NCBI GenBank assembly: GCA_013044295.1
Contig: JABEUU010000175.1
Span: forward strand, 1-50,568
Length of the DNA: 50,568 nucleotides
Direction of reading: 5' to 3'
From: Candidatus Dormiibacterota bacterium
GTDB lineage: Bacteria; Chloroflexota; Dormibacteria; Aeolococcales; Bog-877
The notes below the pieces were generated by a model. It saw only the letters and a list, made by a program, of their open reading frames with translations, ran no database searches and had not been told where the DNA came from. This document shows positions 17,748 through 26,774 of the stretch, piece by piece (position 1 is the stretch's first letter; every line of letters begins with the position of its first letter). The position numbers and the translations under genes are program-made.

Positions 17748-20507
17748 GTGAGTCTGCCGGAGGCAGTGATGGATGAGCTGGCGTCCCGGCCGGGGCCGCG
17801 CTATGTCGCGTTCGACCTCGAGACCACCGGGCTGTCGGCACGGTCGGATCGGATCATCGAAATCGGCGCGGTCAAGTTCGACCGGGAAGGCGTCGTGGAC
17901 ACGTTCTCGACGCTCACCGACCCCGGCATCCCGCTGCCTCTGGTGGTGCAGCGCTTGTGCGGGTTACGCGACTCGGATCTGGCCGGACAGCCAAGCCCGC
18001 ACGAGGGGGTCGCCCAGCTGGCCATGTTTTGTGAGGGCTGCCTGGTGGTCGGCCATGGGATCAGCTTCGACCTCGCCTTCTGCGCTGAGATCCTGCCTGA
18101 CGTGTTCGCCCACCGGGCGGCTGTGGACACCTCAGAGCTGGCTCGGGTCTTCCTGCCGGCCGCCTCCAGCCACAGCCTGGAGGAACTGAGCCGGTTTTTT
18201 CATCTGCTTCACGACAACCCCCATCGGGCGCTCTCGGACGCCGAGGCGACCCGGCGCCTGCTCTGGAAATTGGTGGAGGCGGGGCAGGAACTGCCGGCGC
18301 AGGTCCAGCAACGGGTGCGCGACCTCTGCCTGGGCCAGGGGTGGATGTCGGGCGAGTTCATGGCGGCGCAGCTGGATCCCGCCGCGGCACCGCCGGGGGG
18401 TTCCCTGGCCCCGGCGGTGGCGCAAGATCCGATCCGGCCGGAGCCAGCCGAGGCGGGCCTGCTCGATACCAGATGGGTCGTGGACGCCCTGGGTGCTGAT
18501 GGCCTCTTGGCTCGTGCAGATCCGCGCTTTGAGTTGCGGGAGGAGCAGCAACAGATGGCGGTGGCAGTGACCCAGGCCTTCAACCGGGGGCAGGAGCTTC
18601 TGGTGGAGGCTGGCACCGGCGTCGGTAAGTCGCTCGCATACCTGCTGCCGGCACGTGAGTGGGCCGCCCGGAGAGGGGAGCGGGTGGTCATCTCCACCCA
18701 CACCATCACCCTGCAGGAGCAGCTGATGGCCAAGGACCTGCCCATCCTGGAGACGGCCAGACCCCTCCCGATACGGGCCGTCGTCCTGAAGGGGCGCGGC
18801 AACTACCTGAGCCTGCGCCGGATGGAGCGCTGGCTGCGCGCCGGGCCCGCCGGCCGCCACCCCGACCTTGAGGAGCTCAAGTTCAAGGTCAGGCTGGTGG
18901 TCTGGGCTCAGCAGACCACCACCGGTGACCGGGCGGAGCTGCGTCTGGCGGGGCGGGACAGCGAGTTCTGGGAGATGGTCGGCTCCAACGTGGACGATTG
19001 CCTGGGCCCAGCCTGCCACAACTGGAGAGACCGCCGGTGCTTCATGGCGAGGGCACGGCTGGATGCCAGGGAAGCCGACCTGGTGGTGGTCAACCATGCG
19101 CTGCTGCTGGCCGATGCAGATAGTGGAGGCACGGTTCTGCCGGAGTTCCACCGGCTGGTCGTGGATGAGGCCCATCATCTTGAGGAGGCGGCCACCCAGG
19201 CACAGAGCCAGCGCCTCACCCTGCGGTCGCTGGTGGCTGTGATCGACCGCCTGCCCGAACTGCCATCTGGGGAATTGCCGGCCAGGCTGAGGTCCGCGCG
19301 CCAGGCGGCGACTGCCGGCTTCGGTGACCTGAGAGCCCTGGCCGCGGCCGACTCCGCGCGCGGCGGGGGCACCGCCCACGTGGTCATCGACCGTCGCCAG
19401 GCGGGCAACCCCGCCTGGCAGCGCTGCGTGAAGTCATTGCACAAGACAGTGAGGGAGCTGGAGCCTGCGGTGGCGGCCTTGCGGAGTGCCGCCCAGAGCG
19501 AGACGCTGCAGGGGGCGCTCTGGCCCCAGCCCGACAATGCCGGGCGCGAGTGTGCGCTGGCGGCGGACGCCCTGCAGGGGATGGCGCGGCTGCTGAATCA
19601 GGCTCTGGCGGAGGCTGCCGCGGAACCCGGGCCAGCTTCTGGACAGGTGGTTTGGGTGGAGCTCGAGAGGGGAGATCGGGCGGTGCTCAGGACCGCCCCC
19701 GTGGAGGTTGCGCAAGCCCTGCGCGAGCAGCTGTTAGATCACTGCGAGACCGCGGTGCTCACCTCGGCGACCCTGGCCATCGCCGGCTCCTTTCAGTACG
19801 TCAGGGACCGTCTCGGATTCGATGGTGCGGAGGAGCTGATCTTGGCGTCTCCCTTCGACTACCTGCACCAGTCGCTCTGCTGTCTGCCCCGCGGCATGCC
19901 CGGGCACGGCGACCCGCGGCACGCCGGGGTGGTGGCCCAGCTGGTGGCGGACGTGGCCGAGACACTGGGGGGCCGGACTCTGGTCCTCTTCACCGGCTAC
20001 GCCGCTCTGCGCGAGGTCCACTCCCAGCTTCGGTCCCGCCTCAACAGCCGCGGAATCGTGGTCTTGGGTCAGGGGATGGACGGTACGCGCAATCAGCTCC
20101 TGCGCAACTTCCGGCACAACGCCCGGACCGTGCTGATGGGGACCAGCAGCTTCTGGGAGGGGATCGACCTGCCGGGGGACGTGCTCCAATGCGTGGTCAT
20201 CGACAAGCTGCCCTTTCCAGTTCCGACCGACCCCATCTACCAGGCCCGGTCCCGAGGCCGCTCGGATGCCTTCGCCCAGCTGGCCCTGCCCGAGGCCGTG
20301 CTGCGCCTGAAGCAGGGCTTCGGCCGGCTGGTCCGAGGTCACGGCGATCGCGGCGCCGTCGTCATCTGCGATCCTCGGATCCTGGATCGCAGCTATGGAG
20401 AGAGCTTCGTGCAGGCGCTGCCTCGGGCCACGTTCAACTACGACCCGGTAGACGAAGTGGCCGAGGTGGTGGGTCGGTTCATACTCGGCAGAGTGGAGGA
20501 GATGTGA
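17748..20507 (+). CDS. dinG: DinG-family helicase with N-terminal DnaQ-like 3'-5' exonuclease domain
   Basis: Exo motif YVAFDLETTGL...IIEIGAV, helicase Walker A AGTGVGKSLAYLLPA, DEAHHLEE box and a Cys cluster (CLGPACHNWRDRRC) are present. An alternative start at ATG 17769 has GGAGG 5 nt upstream. Confidence 0.9.
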   Translation: MSLPEAVMDELASRPGPRYVAFDLETTGLSARSDRIIEIGAVKFDREGVVDTFSTLTDPGIPLPLVVQRLCGLRDSDLAGQPSPHEGVAQLAMFCEGCLVVGHGISFDLAFCAEILPDVFAHRAAVDTSELARVFLPAASSHSLEELSRFFHLLHDNPHRALSDAEATRRLLWKLVEAGQELPAQVQQRVRDLCLGQGWMSGEFMAAQLDPAAAPPGGSLAPAVAQDPIRPEPAEAGLLDTRWVVDALGADGLLARADPRFELREEQQQMAVAVTQAFNRGQELLVEAGTGVGKSLAYLLPAREWAARRGERVVISTHTITLQEQLMAKDLPILETARPLPIRAVVLKGRGNYLSLRRMERWLRAGPAGRHPDLEELKFKVRLVVWAQQTTTGDRAELRLAGRDSEFWEMVGSNVDDCLGPACHNWRDRRCFMARARLDAREADLVVVNHALLLADADSGGTVLPEFHRLVVDEAHHLEEAATQAQSQRLTLRSLVAVIDRLPELPSGELPARLRSARQAATAGFGDLRALAAADSARGGGTAHVVIDRRQAGNPAWQRCVKSLHKTVRELEPAVAALRSAAQSETLQGALWPQPDNAGRECALAADALQGMARLLNQALAEAAAEPGPASGQVVWVELERGDRAVLRTAPVEVAQALREQLLDHCETAVLTSATLAIAGSFQYVRDRLGFDGAEELILASPFDYLHQSLCCLPRGMPGHGDPRHAGVVAQLVADVAETLGGRTLVLFTGYAALREVHSQLRSRLNSRGIVVLGQGMDGTRNQLLRNFRHNARTVLMGTSSFWEGIDLPGDVLQCVVIDKLPFPVPTDPIYQARSRGRSDAFAQLALPEAVLRLKQGFGRLVRGHGDRGAVVICDPRILDRSYGESFVQALPRATFNYDPVDEVAEVVGRFILGRVEEM

Positions 20508-21382
20508 GCCCGCAGAACCGGCTTCGAGTGGCCCTGGTCCAGCACGCGCCCAGGCTGGGCGACCTCGGCCCCAATCTGGATTGGACCTGTGAGGTCCTCG
20601 CCTCCGAGGTGGCCCGGGGAGAGGATCTGGTTGTGTTCCCCGAACTCAGCCTCTGCGGCTACTTCCTCAAGGACCTGGTGCCGGAGATCGCGGTGCGCTT
20701 GGATGGTCCCGAGGTGGACCGCCTGATCAAGGCGGTGGGCCGGGGCAGTGCCGTGGTTGGAGCCGTGCTGGAATCTCCGGCGCATCGCTTCTACAACGCC
20801 GCCATCCTGATCGCAGATGGGAGAGTCGTGCACGTCCATCGCAAGGTCTACCTGCCCACCTACGGCATGTTCGACGAGCAGCGCTATCTGGCCGCCGGCA
20901 GTCGCTTCGAGGCGATTGACCTGCCGCTGGTCGGAGGCGGCAGCTGGCGGCTGGGAATCCTGATCTGTGAGGACCTCTGGCACCCGAGTTCAGCGTATCT
21001 GCTCAGTCGGGGCGGGGCCGACCTCATCATCTGCACCTCCGCCAGCCCTGGCCGCGGCGTCGCCGGCGGGCGGGCCGAGCTGGGCACAGCAGCGCTCTGG
21101 GGTGCGATGACCACGACCTATGCTGCCCTCTTCACCACCTTCCTCGCCTACTGCAACCGGGTCGGATTCGAGGACGGCCACTACTTCTGGGGTGGCAGCC
21201 GGGTGCTGGGTCCAGACGGCGGGCTGTTGGGGGGAGAGGCGGCCGGCGACCAGCCCATGATCCTTCGAGTCGAGCTGGACAGGGGCCTGCTCCGGCGCAT
21301 GCGAATCGCCTATCCGCTGCTCCGGGATGAGCGCGAGGACGTGCTCTGGCAGCAACTCAAGGTGGAGCCCGGTGATGTCTGA
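20504..21382 (+). CDS. Carbon-nitrogen hydrolase (nitrilase superfamily), probable glutaminase partner of NadE
   Basis: GTG 20504 overlaps the dinG stop (GTGA). The E-K-C triad contexts VVFPELSL, HRKVYLPTYGMFDE and LGILICEDLWHP are intact. The 610-aa listed ORF is an artefactual 5' extension over dinG. Confidence 0.85.
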   Translation: MSPQNRLRVALVQHAPRLGDLGPNLDWTCEVLASEVARGEDLVVFPELSLCGYFLKDLVPEIAVRLDGPEVDRLIKAVGRGSAVVGAVLESPAHRFYNAAILIADGRVVHVHRKVYLPTYGMFDEQRYLAAGSRFEAIDLPLVGGGSWRLGILICEDLWHPSSAYLLSRGGADLIICTSASPGRGVAGGRAELGTAALWGAMTTTYAALFTTFLAYCNRVGFEDGHYFWGGSRVLGPDGGLLGGEAAGDQPMILRVELDRGLLRRMRIAYPLLRDEREDVLWQQLKVEPGDV

Positions 21383-22196
21383 TCTGGAGATCAACCCGGA
21401 GCTCTGCAGCCGGATCCTGGCCGCCTTCATCGCCGACGAGGTGCTCAAGGTGGGTGCCCAAGGGGTGGTGGTGGGGGTTTCGGGCGGAATCGACTCGGCG
21501 CTCTCCTTTGCCCTGGCGGTGAAGGCGCTGGGGCGTTCGGCAAGCCTGGGCGTGGCCATGCCCTACCGGAAGAGCTCTCCGGAGAGCCTGGCAGACGCGC
21601 AACTGCTGGCGGCCCACCTGGAGGTCGAACTGATGGTGGTCGACATCAGCCCGCAGGTGGACGCGTACTTCGCCACTCAGCCTACCGACGACCGCAACCG
21701 GCGCGGCAACAAGATGGCCCGGGAGCGCATGTCGGTGCTCTACGACCTATCCCAGGAGCGGTCGGCGCTGGTGCTGGGAACTTCCAACAAGTCAGAGCTC
21801 CTGCTCGGTTACGGCACCCTTTACGGCGACATGGCAAGTGCTCTCAATCCACTCGGTGACCTGTACAAGACCCAGGTCTATCAACTGGCCGAGCATCTGG
21901 GGCTGCCTTCCAACCTGATCCAAAAGCCGCCCTCGGCCGACCTCTTCGAAGGCCAGCAGGATGAACAGGATCTGGGCTTCAGCTACGCCCAGGCGGACCG
22001 CGTCCTCTTCCACCTGGTCGACCAACGATGCCCTGAGGAGGAGGTGGTGGAGATGGGATTTCCCGCCGAGCTGGTGCGAGCCGTGCGAGACCGGGTCCGT
22101 CGCAACCAGTTCAAGCGGCGGCCGCCCCTGATCGCCAAGCTTTCGGCCCGGACCATCGATCTCGACTTCAGATACCCCCGCGACTGGGGGCATTGA
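21375..22196 (+). CDS. nadE: NAD+ synthetase (single-domain NadE)
   Basis: ATG 21375 overlaps the upstream ORF by 8 nt. It has the PP-loop VGVSGGIDSA, plus GTSNKSELLLGYGTLYGD and LYKTQV. Confidence 0.92.
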   Translation: MSDLEINPELCSRILAAFIADEVLKVGAQGVVVGVSGGIDSALSFALAVKALGRSASLGVAMPYRKSSPESLADAQLLAAHLEVELMVVDISPQVDAYFATQPTDDRNRRGNKMARERMSVLYDLSQERSALVLGTSNKSELLLGYGTLYGDMASALNPLGDLYKTQVYQLAEHLGLPSNLIQKPPSADLFEGQQDEQDLGFSYAQADRVLFHLVDQRCPEEEVVEMGFPAELVRAVRDRVRRNQFKRRPPLIAKLSARTIDLDFRYPRDWGH

Positions 22197-22203
22197 TCTG
22201 CCG

Positions 22204-22887
22204 ATGGGAGTCCTGCAGGTGGTGGCGACCCCCATCGGTAACCTGGGCGATCTGTCGCCCCGGGCGGCTGAGATCCTGGGACGAGTGCCGGTCGTGGTGG
22301 CGGAGGACACTCGGCACACCGGCATCCTGCTGCGTTCAATTGGAGCCAGACCCCGGCTGATATCACTTCCGGGAGATCGCGAGCGCGAACGCGTGGCCCA
22401 GGTGCTGGAGGCGCTGGACCACGGTGAGGTGGCGCTGGTGTCCGACGCTGGGATGCCGGCAGTGAGCGACCCTGGCCGCGAGGTGGTGGCGGCGGCTCGG
22501 AAAGCTGGGCACACCGTGCTGGCAGTCCCCGGCCCGTCGGCCGTGGTGGCGGCCGTGGCCGCCAGTGGGCTGCGGGCCGACCGGTTCACGTTCCTTGGTT
22601 TCCTGCCCAGGACCAGGGCCAGGATGCTGCGCCTGCTGGCGGTCTCGCCGGAGTTGGCGCTGGTCTTCTACGAGTCTCCCCATCGACTGGCGGCAACCCT
22701 GCGGGCGGCGGCTGAGGTGGTGGGCGAGCGGCCCGTGGCCGTCGCGCGCGAGATCTCCAAGCTCCATGAGAGCTGGTACCTCGGCACCGCCGCTGAGCTG
22801 GCGGCTCACTTCGAGTCATCACCGCCCAAGGGAGAGTGCACGGTGGTGGTGGAAGCCGGTCCGAAGCAGGCTCGCAGAGTTGGCTGA
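22204..22887 (+). CDS. rsmI: 16S rRNA (cytidine1402-2'-O)-methyltransferase
   Basis: The N-terminus LQVVATPIGNLGDLSPRAAEIL...VVAEDTRHTGILL and SDAGMPAVSDPG are the classic RsmI tetrapyrrole-methylase-fold signature. Confidence 0.9.
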   Translation: MGVLQVVATPIGNLGDLSPRAAEILGRVPVVVAEDTRHTGILLRSIGARPRLISLPGDRERERVAQVLEALDHGEVALVSDAGMPAVSDPGREVVAAARKAGHTVLAVPGPSAVVAAVAASGLRADRFTFLGFLPRTRARMLRLLAVSPELALVFYESPHRLAATLRAAAEVVGERPVAVAREISKLHESWYLGTAAELAAHFESSPPKGECTVVVEAGPKQARRVG

Positions 22888-22891
22888 GACG

Positions 22892-23674
22892 GTGTTGGTG
22901 GACGCTCACTGCCACCTCGACGAGCTGGCCCGGAGAGGACTCGCGGTCTCCGATGCGCTGGCCCAGGGGCACCTCGCCGGGGTCCACCAGGTGGTGACCA
23001 GCGGGGACGGTTTGGAGGACAGTCGGCAGGCCAAGGAACTGGCCGAGGCCCACCCCGAGGTCTATTTCACCGTTGGCTGGCACCCTGTCAATCGCCGTCC
23101 CCCAACCGGCGTCGAGCTGGAGGAGCTGCGCTCGCTCCTGGGCCACCGCAAGGCGGTCGGGGTCGGCGAGATCGGGCTCGACTATAAGTTTCGGGCCGGG
23201 TACATGGAGACCCCGCCGGCGGTGCAACGCGAGATGTTCGCCATGATGCTGCGCCTGGCTGCGGAGCTCAACAAACCGGTGGTGATCCACCAGCGCGAGG
23301 CGCACGCGGACCTGCTGGAGGTGCTGGACCGGGCTCCCGCGGTCACTGCCATGTTGCACTGCTTCAGTGGGGACGGCCAATTCGCCCGGGAGGCCGAGCG
23401 GCGGGGCCTCTGGGTGTCTTTCGCCGGCAACCTGACGTTCAAGTCGGCCCAGGACCTCCAGGAGGCTGCCAGGGTGGTTCCCGCAGGCAGTCTCATGGTC
23501 GAGACCGATGCCCCCTTCCTGGCCCCGTCACCCCATCGCGGGCAACTCTGCCATCCCGCCCTGGTGCGGGCGACCGCCAGCTGGTTGGCGGTCCTGCGCG
23601 GGGAGTGCCTCGAGACTCTGGCCAGGATTACCACCGAGAACGCCAGGGAGTTCTTCCAGCTGCCGGGGTCATGA
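22892..23674 (+). CDS. TatD-family metal-dependent hydrolase/DNase
   Basis: VLVDAHCHLDE at the N-terminus, then GEIGLDY, IHQREAH, HCFSG and ETDAPFLAP. The start is GTG 22892 (or TTG 22880/22895), just after the rsmI stop. Confidence 0.88.
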   Translation: MLVDAHCHLDELARRGLAVSDALAQGHLAGVHQVVTSGDGLEDSRQAKELAEAHPEVYFTVGWHPVNRRPPTGVELEELRSLLGHRKAVGVGEIGLDYKFRAGYMETPPAVQREMFAMMLRLAAELNKPVVIHQREAHADLLEVLDRAPAVTAMLHCFSGDGQFAREAERRGLWVSFAGNLTFKSAQDLQEAARVVPAGSLMVETDAPFLAPSPHRGQLCHPALVRATASWLAVLRGECLETLARITTENAREFFQLPGS

Positions 23675-23726
23675 GCCGGAGTTCAGCGCGGCATGGTGGC
23701 CCCAGACCCGCCCTGGGAGATCGCTG

Positions 23727-24578
23727 TTGAGCGCCCCGGACCTGTCCAGCCGCACCACCGCGCGCGCTGTGGCCCGGCGGTTCCAGGTCAGCCCCCAGCA
23801 CGGGCTGGGTCAGAACTTCCTGGTCGACCGCGAGGTGCGCGACGCGATCGTGGCGTCACTGCCGGAGACCCCCGGACAGCTGGTGGAGATCGGCTGCGGG
23901 CTGGGGTCTCTCAGCCAGGGGCTCTTGGAGGCCGACCACTCTTTGGTGGGAATCGAGATCGACCCCTCGTGTGTGGCCGCGCTGGGCTTGCTGCGAGCGG
24001 AGTTCCCCGCGTTTCGGGTGCTGCTGGCGGACGCCCTTCAGGTTGGCCCCGAGCAACTCTTGGTGACTCCACCGTACACGGTGGTGGGCAATCTCCCATA
24101 CCAGATCACGGGGGCAATCCTGCCCAGGCTGATGGCCTGGGCGCCGCCGCCCCTGGTCTGCCTGCTGGTGGTCCAGCGAGAGGTGGCTCATCGGCTGGCG
24201 GCGCCGGCCGGTGACTGGTCGCTCGCCTCACTCTCTCTGCGGTTGGTGGCGGACGTGGAACTGAGGTTCGACATTCCTCCGGACCGCTTCTGGCCATCGC
24301 CAAAGGTCCACAGCTCGCTGATCCGGATCACGCCCAGGGAGGACCTGGCGGCCGGCCGGGGGGGCGATTTGCTCCGGCTCGCGCGCCCGATCTTCCAGCA
24401 GCGGCGAAAGCAGCTCCATCATGGGCTGGCCAATGCTCTGGGCGTCACGTCGCAGGAGGCGGCTGAGCAGCTGCGATCGGTCGGCATCGACCCCCAGCGT
24501 CGCCCGGGCACACTTGCCCCCGACGAGTGGCTGCGGCTGATCGAAGGCCTGGGGCCCGGCGCCAGGCCCCAGGGCTGA
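23727..24578 (+). CDS. rsmA: 16S rRNA (adenine1518/1519-N6)-dimethyltransferase
   Basis: LGQNFLVD, the SAM motif VEIGCGLGSLS, and GNLPYQIT are present. TTG 23727 is the first in-frame start after tatD, with GGGAGA 6 nt upstream. Confidence 0.88.
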   Translation: MSAPDLSSRTTARAVARRFQVSPQHGLGQNFLVDREVRDAIVASLPETPGQLVEIGCGLGSLSQGLLEADHSLVGIEIDPSCVAALGLLRAEFPAFRVLLADALQVGPEQLLVTPPYTVVGNLPYQITGAILPRLMAWAPPPLVCLLVVQREVAHRLAAPAGDWSLASLSLRLVADVELRFDIPPDRFWPSPKVHSSLIRITPREDLAAGRGGDLLRLARPIFQQRRKQLHHGLANALGVTSQEAAEQLRSVGIDPQRRPGTLAPDEWLRLIEGLGPGARPQG

Positions 24579-24591
24579 TATATTCCCTCCC

Positions 24592-25941
24592 ATGACGGCC
24601 GTGGGCCAGCGGGTCGGCGAGACTCAGCGGCCTTCCACCCCAGGTCCGGCCGGATTCCGCGAGACCCTCAAGAACCGTGACTTCCGCCTGCTTTGGGGCG
24701 CTCAAGTCGCAGCCCAGCTGGGGGACAAGTTCTTCGCCTTCTCGCTGCTGCTCTCGATCTACTCCCTGACTCACCTCTACCTCAGCGATGCGGCGCTGCT
24801 CCTGGCCTACACCATCCCCGCCGTCTTCCTCTCGGTCCCGGCCGGCATCTTCGCCGACCGCTATGACAAGAAGACGCTGATGATCTGGACCAATCTCAGC
24901 CGCGGGGTCATGGTTCTCGGGGTTCCGGCGCTGGAGCTGACCGGGGTCGCTCAGCACCAGGTGATCCCGCTGTATGTGATCACGCTGGTGTTCGCAGGGG
25001 TGGGCCAGCTGTTCGCGCCGGCGGAGGCCGCCAGCATTCCCAGTCTGGTCGAACGCAGCCAGATCTCGGCCGCCACCTCTTTGTTCACGGTGACCATCGT
25101 GGTCACCATCGTGCTCTCGGTCCCGCTTGCCTCGATCGCCCAGCGGGTGCTGGGGTTGGAGGGGCCCTACTACTTCGGGGCGGGACTGTTCATGGCGGCG
25201 TCGGGGGCAATCTGGATGATCCGCACCCGACTAGCGGCCAACCCAGAGCGGGTGGAGCCCGGCGGGGAGCGGACGACCAGCACCATGCAGGAGCTCAAGG
25301 AGGTGTGGCTGGTGATCCGGAGGAGCCCGGTGTTGCCGTTTGCGTTTGGCATGCTGACCCTGGCGCTGGTAATCGTCTTCACGATCTTTGCCCTCTCCGC
25401 AGGCTACATGCAGCATGTGTTGCTGCGCCGACCTCAGGACAGCTACATCCTGCTGCTGCCGGCCACCGTGGGGATGGTGGTGGCGGGGACGGTGGTGAGT
25501 CGGCGCTCGGGGGCCGGCCATGGTGAGCGCAGCGTGGTCAGGGGCCTGGCCCTCGCGGGCCTGGCGATGCTGGTGCTGGGGGTTCTGCCTCCAATCCTCG
25601 ATCGGGTCCGTCTGGTGGGGGGGCTGGTGCCCCTGGCGATCGTGCTGGCGGTTCTCTTCGGCATCGGGTTGGGGGCGGTGCTGATCCCCAGTCTGGTTCT
25701 GATTCAGGAGGCCACCGAGGACGCCACCAGGGGGCGAATCTTCGGGGGCGCCTTCCTGGCCATCAATCTGGCGATCGCACTGCCCCTGCTGGTGGCCGGC
25801 GCGATCGCCGACGCGGTCGGCTCCAGCGACGTGATCGCCTTCATGGGGCTGAGCCTGCTGGTGATCGGGGTGGTGGCGAGCATCCGCGGCTGGGGCGGCG
25901 GATCCGGTCGCGGAACTCCCACGTCGGTGACGGCGGCGTAG
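24592..25941 (+). CDS. MFS transporter
   Basis: About 12 predicted TM helices. The N-terminus FRLLWGAQVAAQLGDKFF and loop motif GIFADRYDKK are typical of the MFS_3/enterobactin-exporter-like subgroup. Confidence 0.85.
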   Translation: MTAVGQRVGETQRPSTPGPAGFRETLKNRDFRLLWGAQVAAQLGDKFFAFSLLLSIYSLTHLYLSDAALLLAYTIPAVFLSVPAGIFADRYDKKTLMIWTNLSRGVMVLGVPALELTGVAQHQVIPLYVITLVFAGVGQLFAPAEAASIPSLVERSQISAATSLFTVTIVVTIVLSVPLASIAQRVLGLEGPYYFGAGLFMAASGAIWMIRTRLAANPERVEPGGERTTSTMQELKEVWLVIRRSPVLPFAFGMLTLALVIVFTIFALSAGYMQHVLLRRPQDSYILLLPATVGMVVAGTVVSRRSGAGHGERSVVRGLALAGLAMLVLGVLPPILDRVRLVGGLVPLAIVLAVLFGIGLGAVLIPSLVLIQEATEDATRGRIFGGAFLAINLAIALPLLVAGAIADAVGSSDVIAFMGLSLLVIGVVASIRGWGGGSGRGTPTSVTAA

Positions 25942-26003
25942 CGACATGTCGAAGCTTGCTGGCGAGAGGGTCCTCCAGGAGCGGTAAGGACTTGAATTGG
26001 CGC

Positions 26004-26186
26004 ATGCGTGCTGTAGTCACCTGCGAGGGGTGTGGGTTCCGCCAGGAGGTGGCCCGAGACATTCCCGAGCCCACCAGCTTTCACCTAATCTGCCACCGCT
26101 GCGAGCAGAGCCTGATGGTGACCGTCACCCAGGCCGACATTCGCACCGCCCAGGCGATGCTCCGACCGCGCGCCCCGATCAGCTGA
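26004..26186 (+). CDS. Small zinc-ribbon protein (about 60 aa), hypothetical
   Basis: Paired CxxC motifs (CEGC...CHRC) about 22 residues apart, with strong G/C bias at third codon positions. The start is ambiguous: ATG 26004 or TTG 25956. Confidence 0.5.
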   Translation: MRAVVTCEGCGFRQEVARDIPEPTSFHLICHRCEQSLMVTVTQADIRTAQAMLRPRAPIS

Positions 26187-26195
26187 CCGGTCGGC

Positions 26196-26483
26196 TCAGA
26201 CCGCCCAGCGGGCGAGCCCTTGGGGCACCTCCTCGCGGCCGGTGGCGAGGCTGGCGAGCTGCTGCTCCTCACTGTCGAAGTCGAGTTGGAGCTGGCGAGC
26301 CAAGGGCAGCACTCGCCCCGAGCGGGCGCGCTCGCGGAGCCGGGCGCGGCGATCTGGATCCTCGGCTGAGCAACGCACACTGCAGTACTTCGCCGTCTGC
26401 TTCTTGACCAGGTTGGGGCAGCCCACCCGGGTGCAGACGCGCAGCGCCACAGAAGACCTCGAAGAGCGTGCCACGGGAGCCAT
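26196..26483 (-). CDS. Small Cys-rich zinc-finger protein (C-x4-C-x11-YCSxxC), hypothetical
   Basis: The internal ATG at 26483 avoids overlap with tRNA-Val. The Cys motif is CTRVGCPNLVKKQTAKYCSVRC, followed by an Arg-rich helix, and third positions are G/C rich. Promoter geometry suggests GTG 26474 may be the true, leaderless start. Confidence 0.55.
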   Translation of the reverse strand: MAPVARSSRSSVALRVCTRVGCPNLVKKQTAKYCSVRCSAEDPDRRARLRERARSGRVLPLARQLQLDFDSEEQQLASLATGREEVPQGLARWAV

Positions 26484-26512
26484 ATTAGAACTCTCTAAGG
26501 GGCCGCTGTCAA
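26484..26512 (-). promoter_or_regulatory. Sigma-70-type promoter: TTGACA-N17-TCTAAT, directly abutting the ATG of the small zinc-finger ORF
   Basis: On the minus strand the -35 TTGACA is at 26512-26507, followed by an exact 17-nt spacer and a -10 TCTAAT at 26489-26484. It sits in a locally AT-rich patch of a GC-rich genome. Confidence 0.5.
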
Positions 26513-26612
26513 TAGCAAAACCACCCACAAAAAAGAGGAATTTTCTGCCCAAAAGGTTGTCCCCCGTTTCCCCATGATGCGGTGTGGACAACTCCTCCCG
26601 TCGGCCCCCGCG

Positions 26613-26686
26613 TGGGCGCACCAGGAGTCGAACCTGGGGCCTCTACCGTGTCAGGGTAGCGCTCTAACCACCTGAGCTATGCGCCC
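26613..26686 (-). tRNA. tRNA-Val (anticodon GAC), CCA not encoded
   Basis: The minus-strand sequence GGGCGCATAGCTCAGGTGGTTAGAGCGCTACCCTGACACGGTAGAGGCCCCAGGTTCGACTCCTGGTGCGCCCA folds by hand into a perfect cloverleaf. It has a 7-bp acceptor, 4-bp D stem, 5-bp anticodon stem with loop CTGACAC, a 5-nt variable loop, and a 5-bp T stem with TTCGACT. A perfect TATAAT (26714-26709, minus) lies upstream. Confidence 0.95.
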
Positions 26687-26774
26687 GCGACTGTTCGGAT
26701 GTGCCCGGATTATAAGCTCCGTCGGGAGCCCGCTCTAGGGAGCCCGTCCCGACGCCTACAATCGTGCTCACACT

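Noticed and set aside
19550-20503. 5' extensions of listed ORFs that run through the upstream gene. Examples: 19550 for the CN-hydrolase (this entry), 924 for the ftsA-like gene, 15686 scpB, 16275 rluB, 16907 cmk, 21327 nadE, 22565 tatD, 23508 rsmA, 30385 pheT, 37958 ruvA, 38430 ruvB, 46263 ylxR and 48402 rbfA.
   Set aside because: The extended parts overlap conserved coding sequence in another frame and translate to Arg/Pro/Gly-rich junk. In each case a plausible in-frame start sits at or next to the upstream stop, directly before the conserved N-terminus.
20504-22196. The CN-hydrolase and NadE ORFs read as a frameshifted pseudogene of a fused nadE.
   Set aside because: Both ORFs are complete with intact catalytic motifs. 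The NadE part is of the short single-domain type with its own ATG, and the 8-nt overlap matches the coupling style seen throughout the window. Only read-level data could overturn this.
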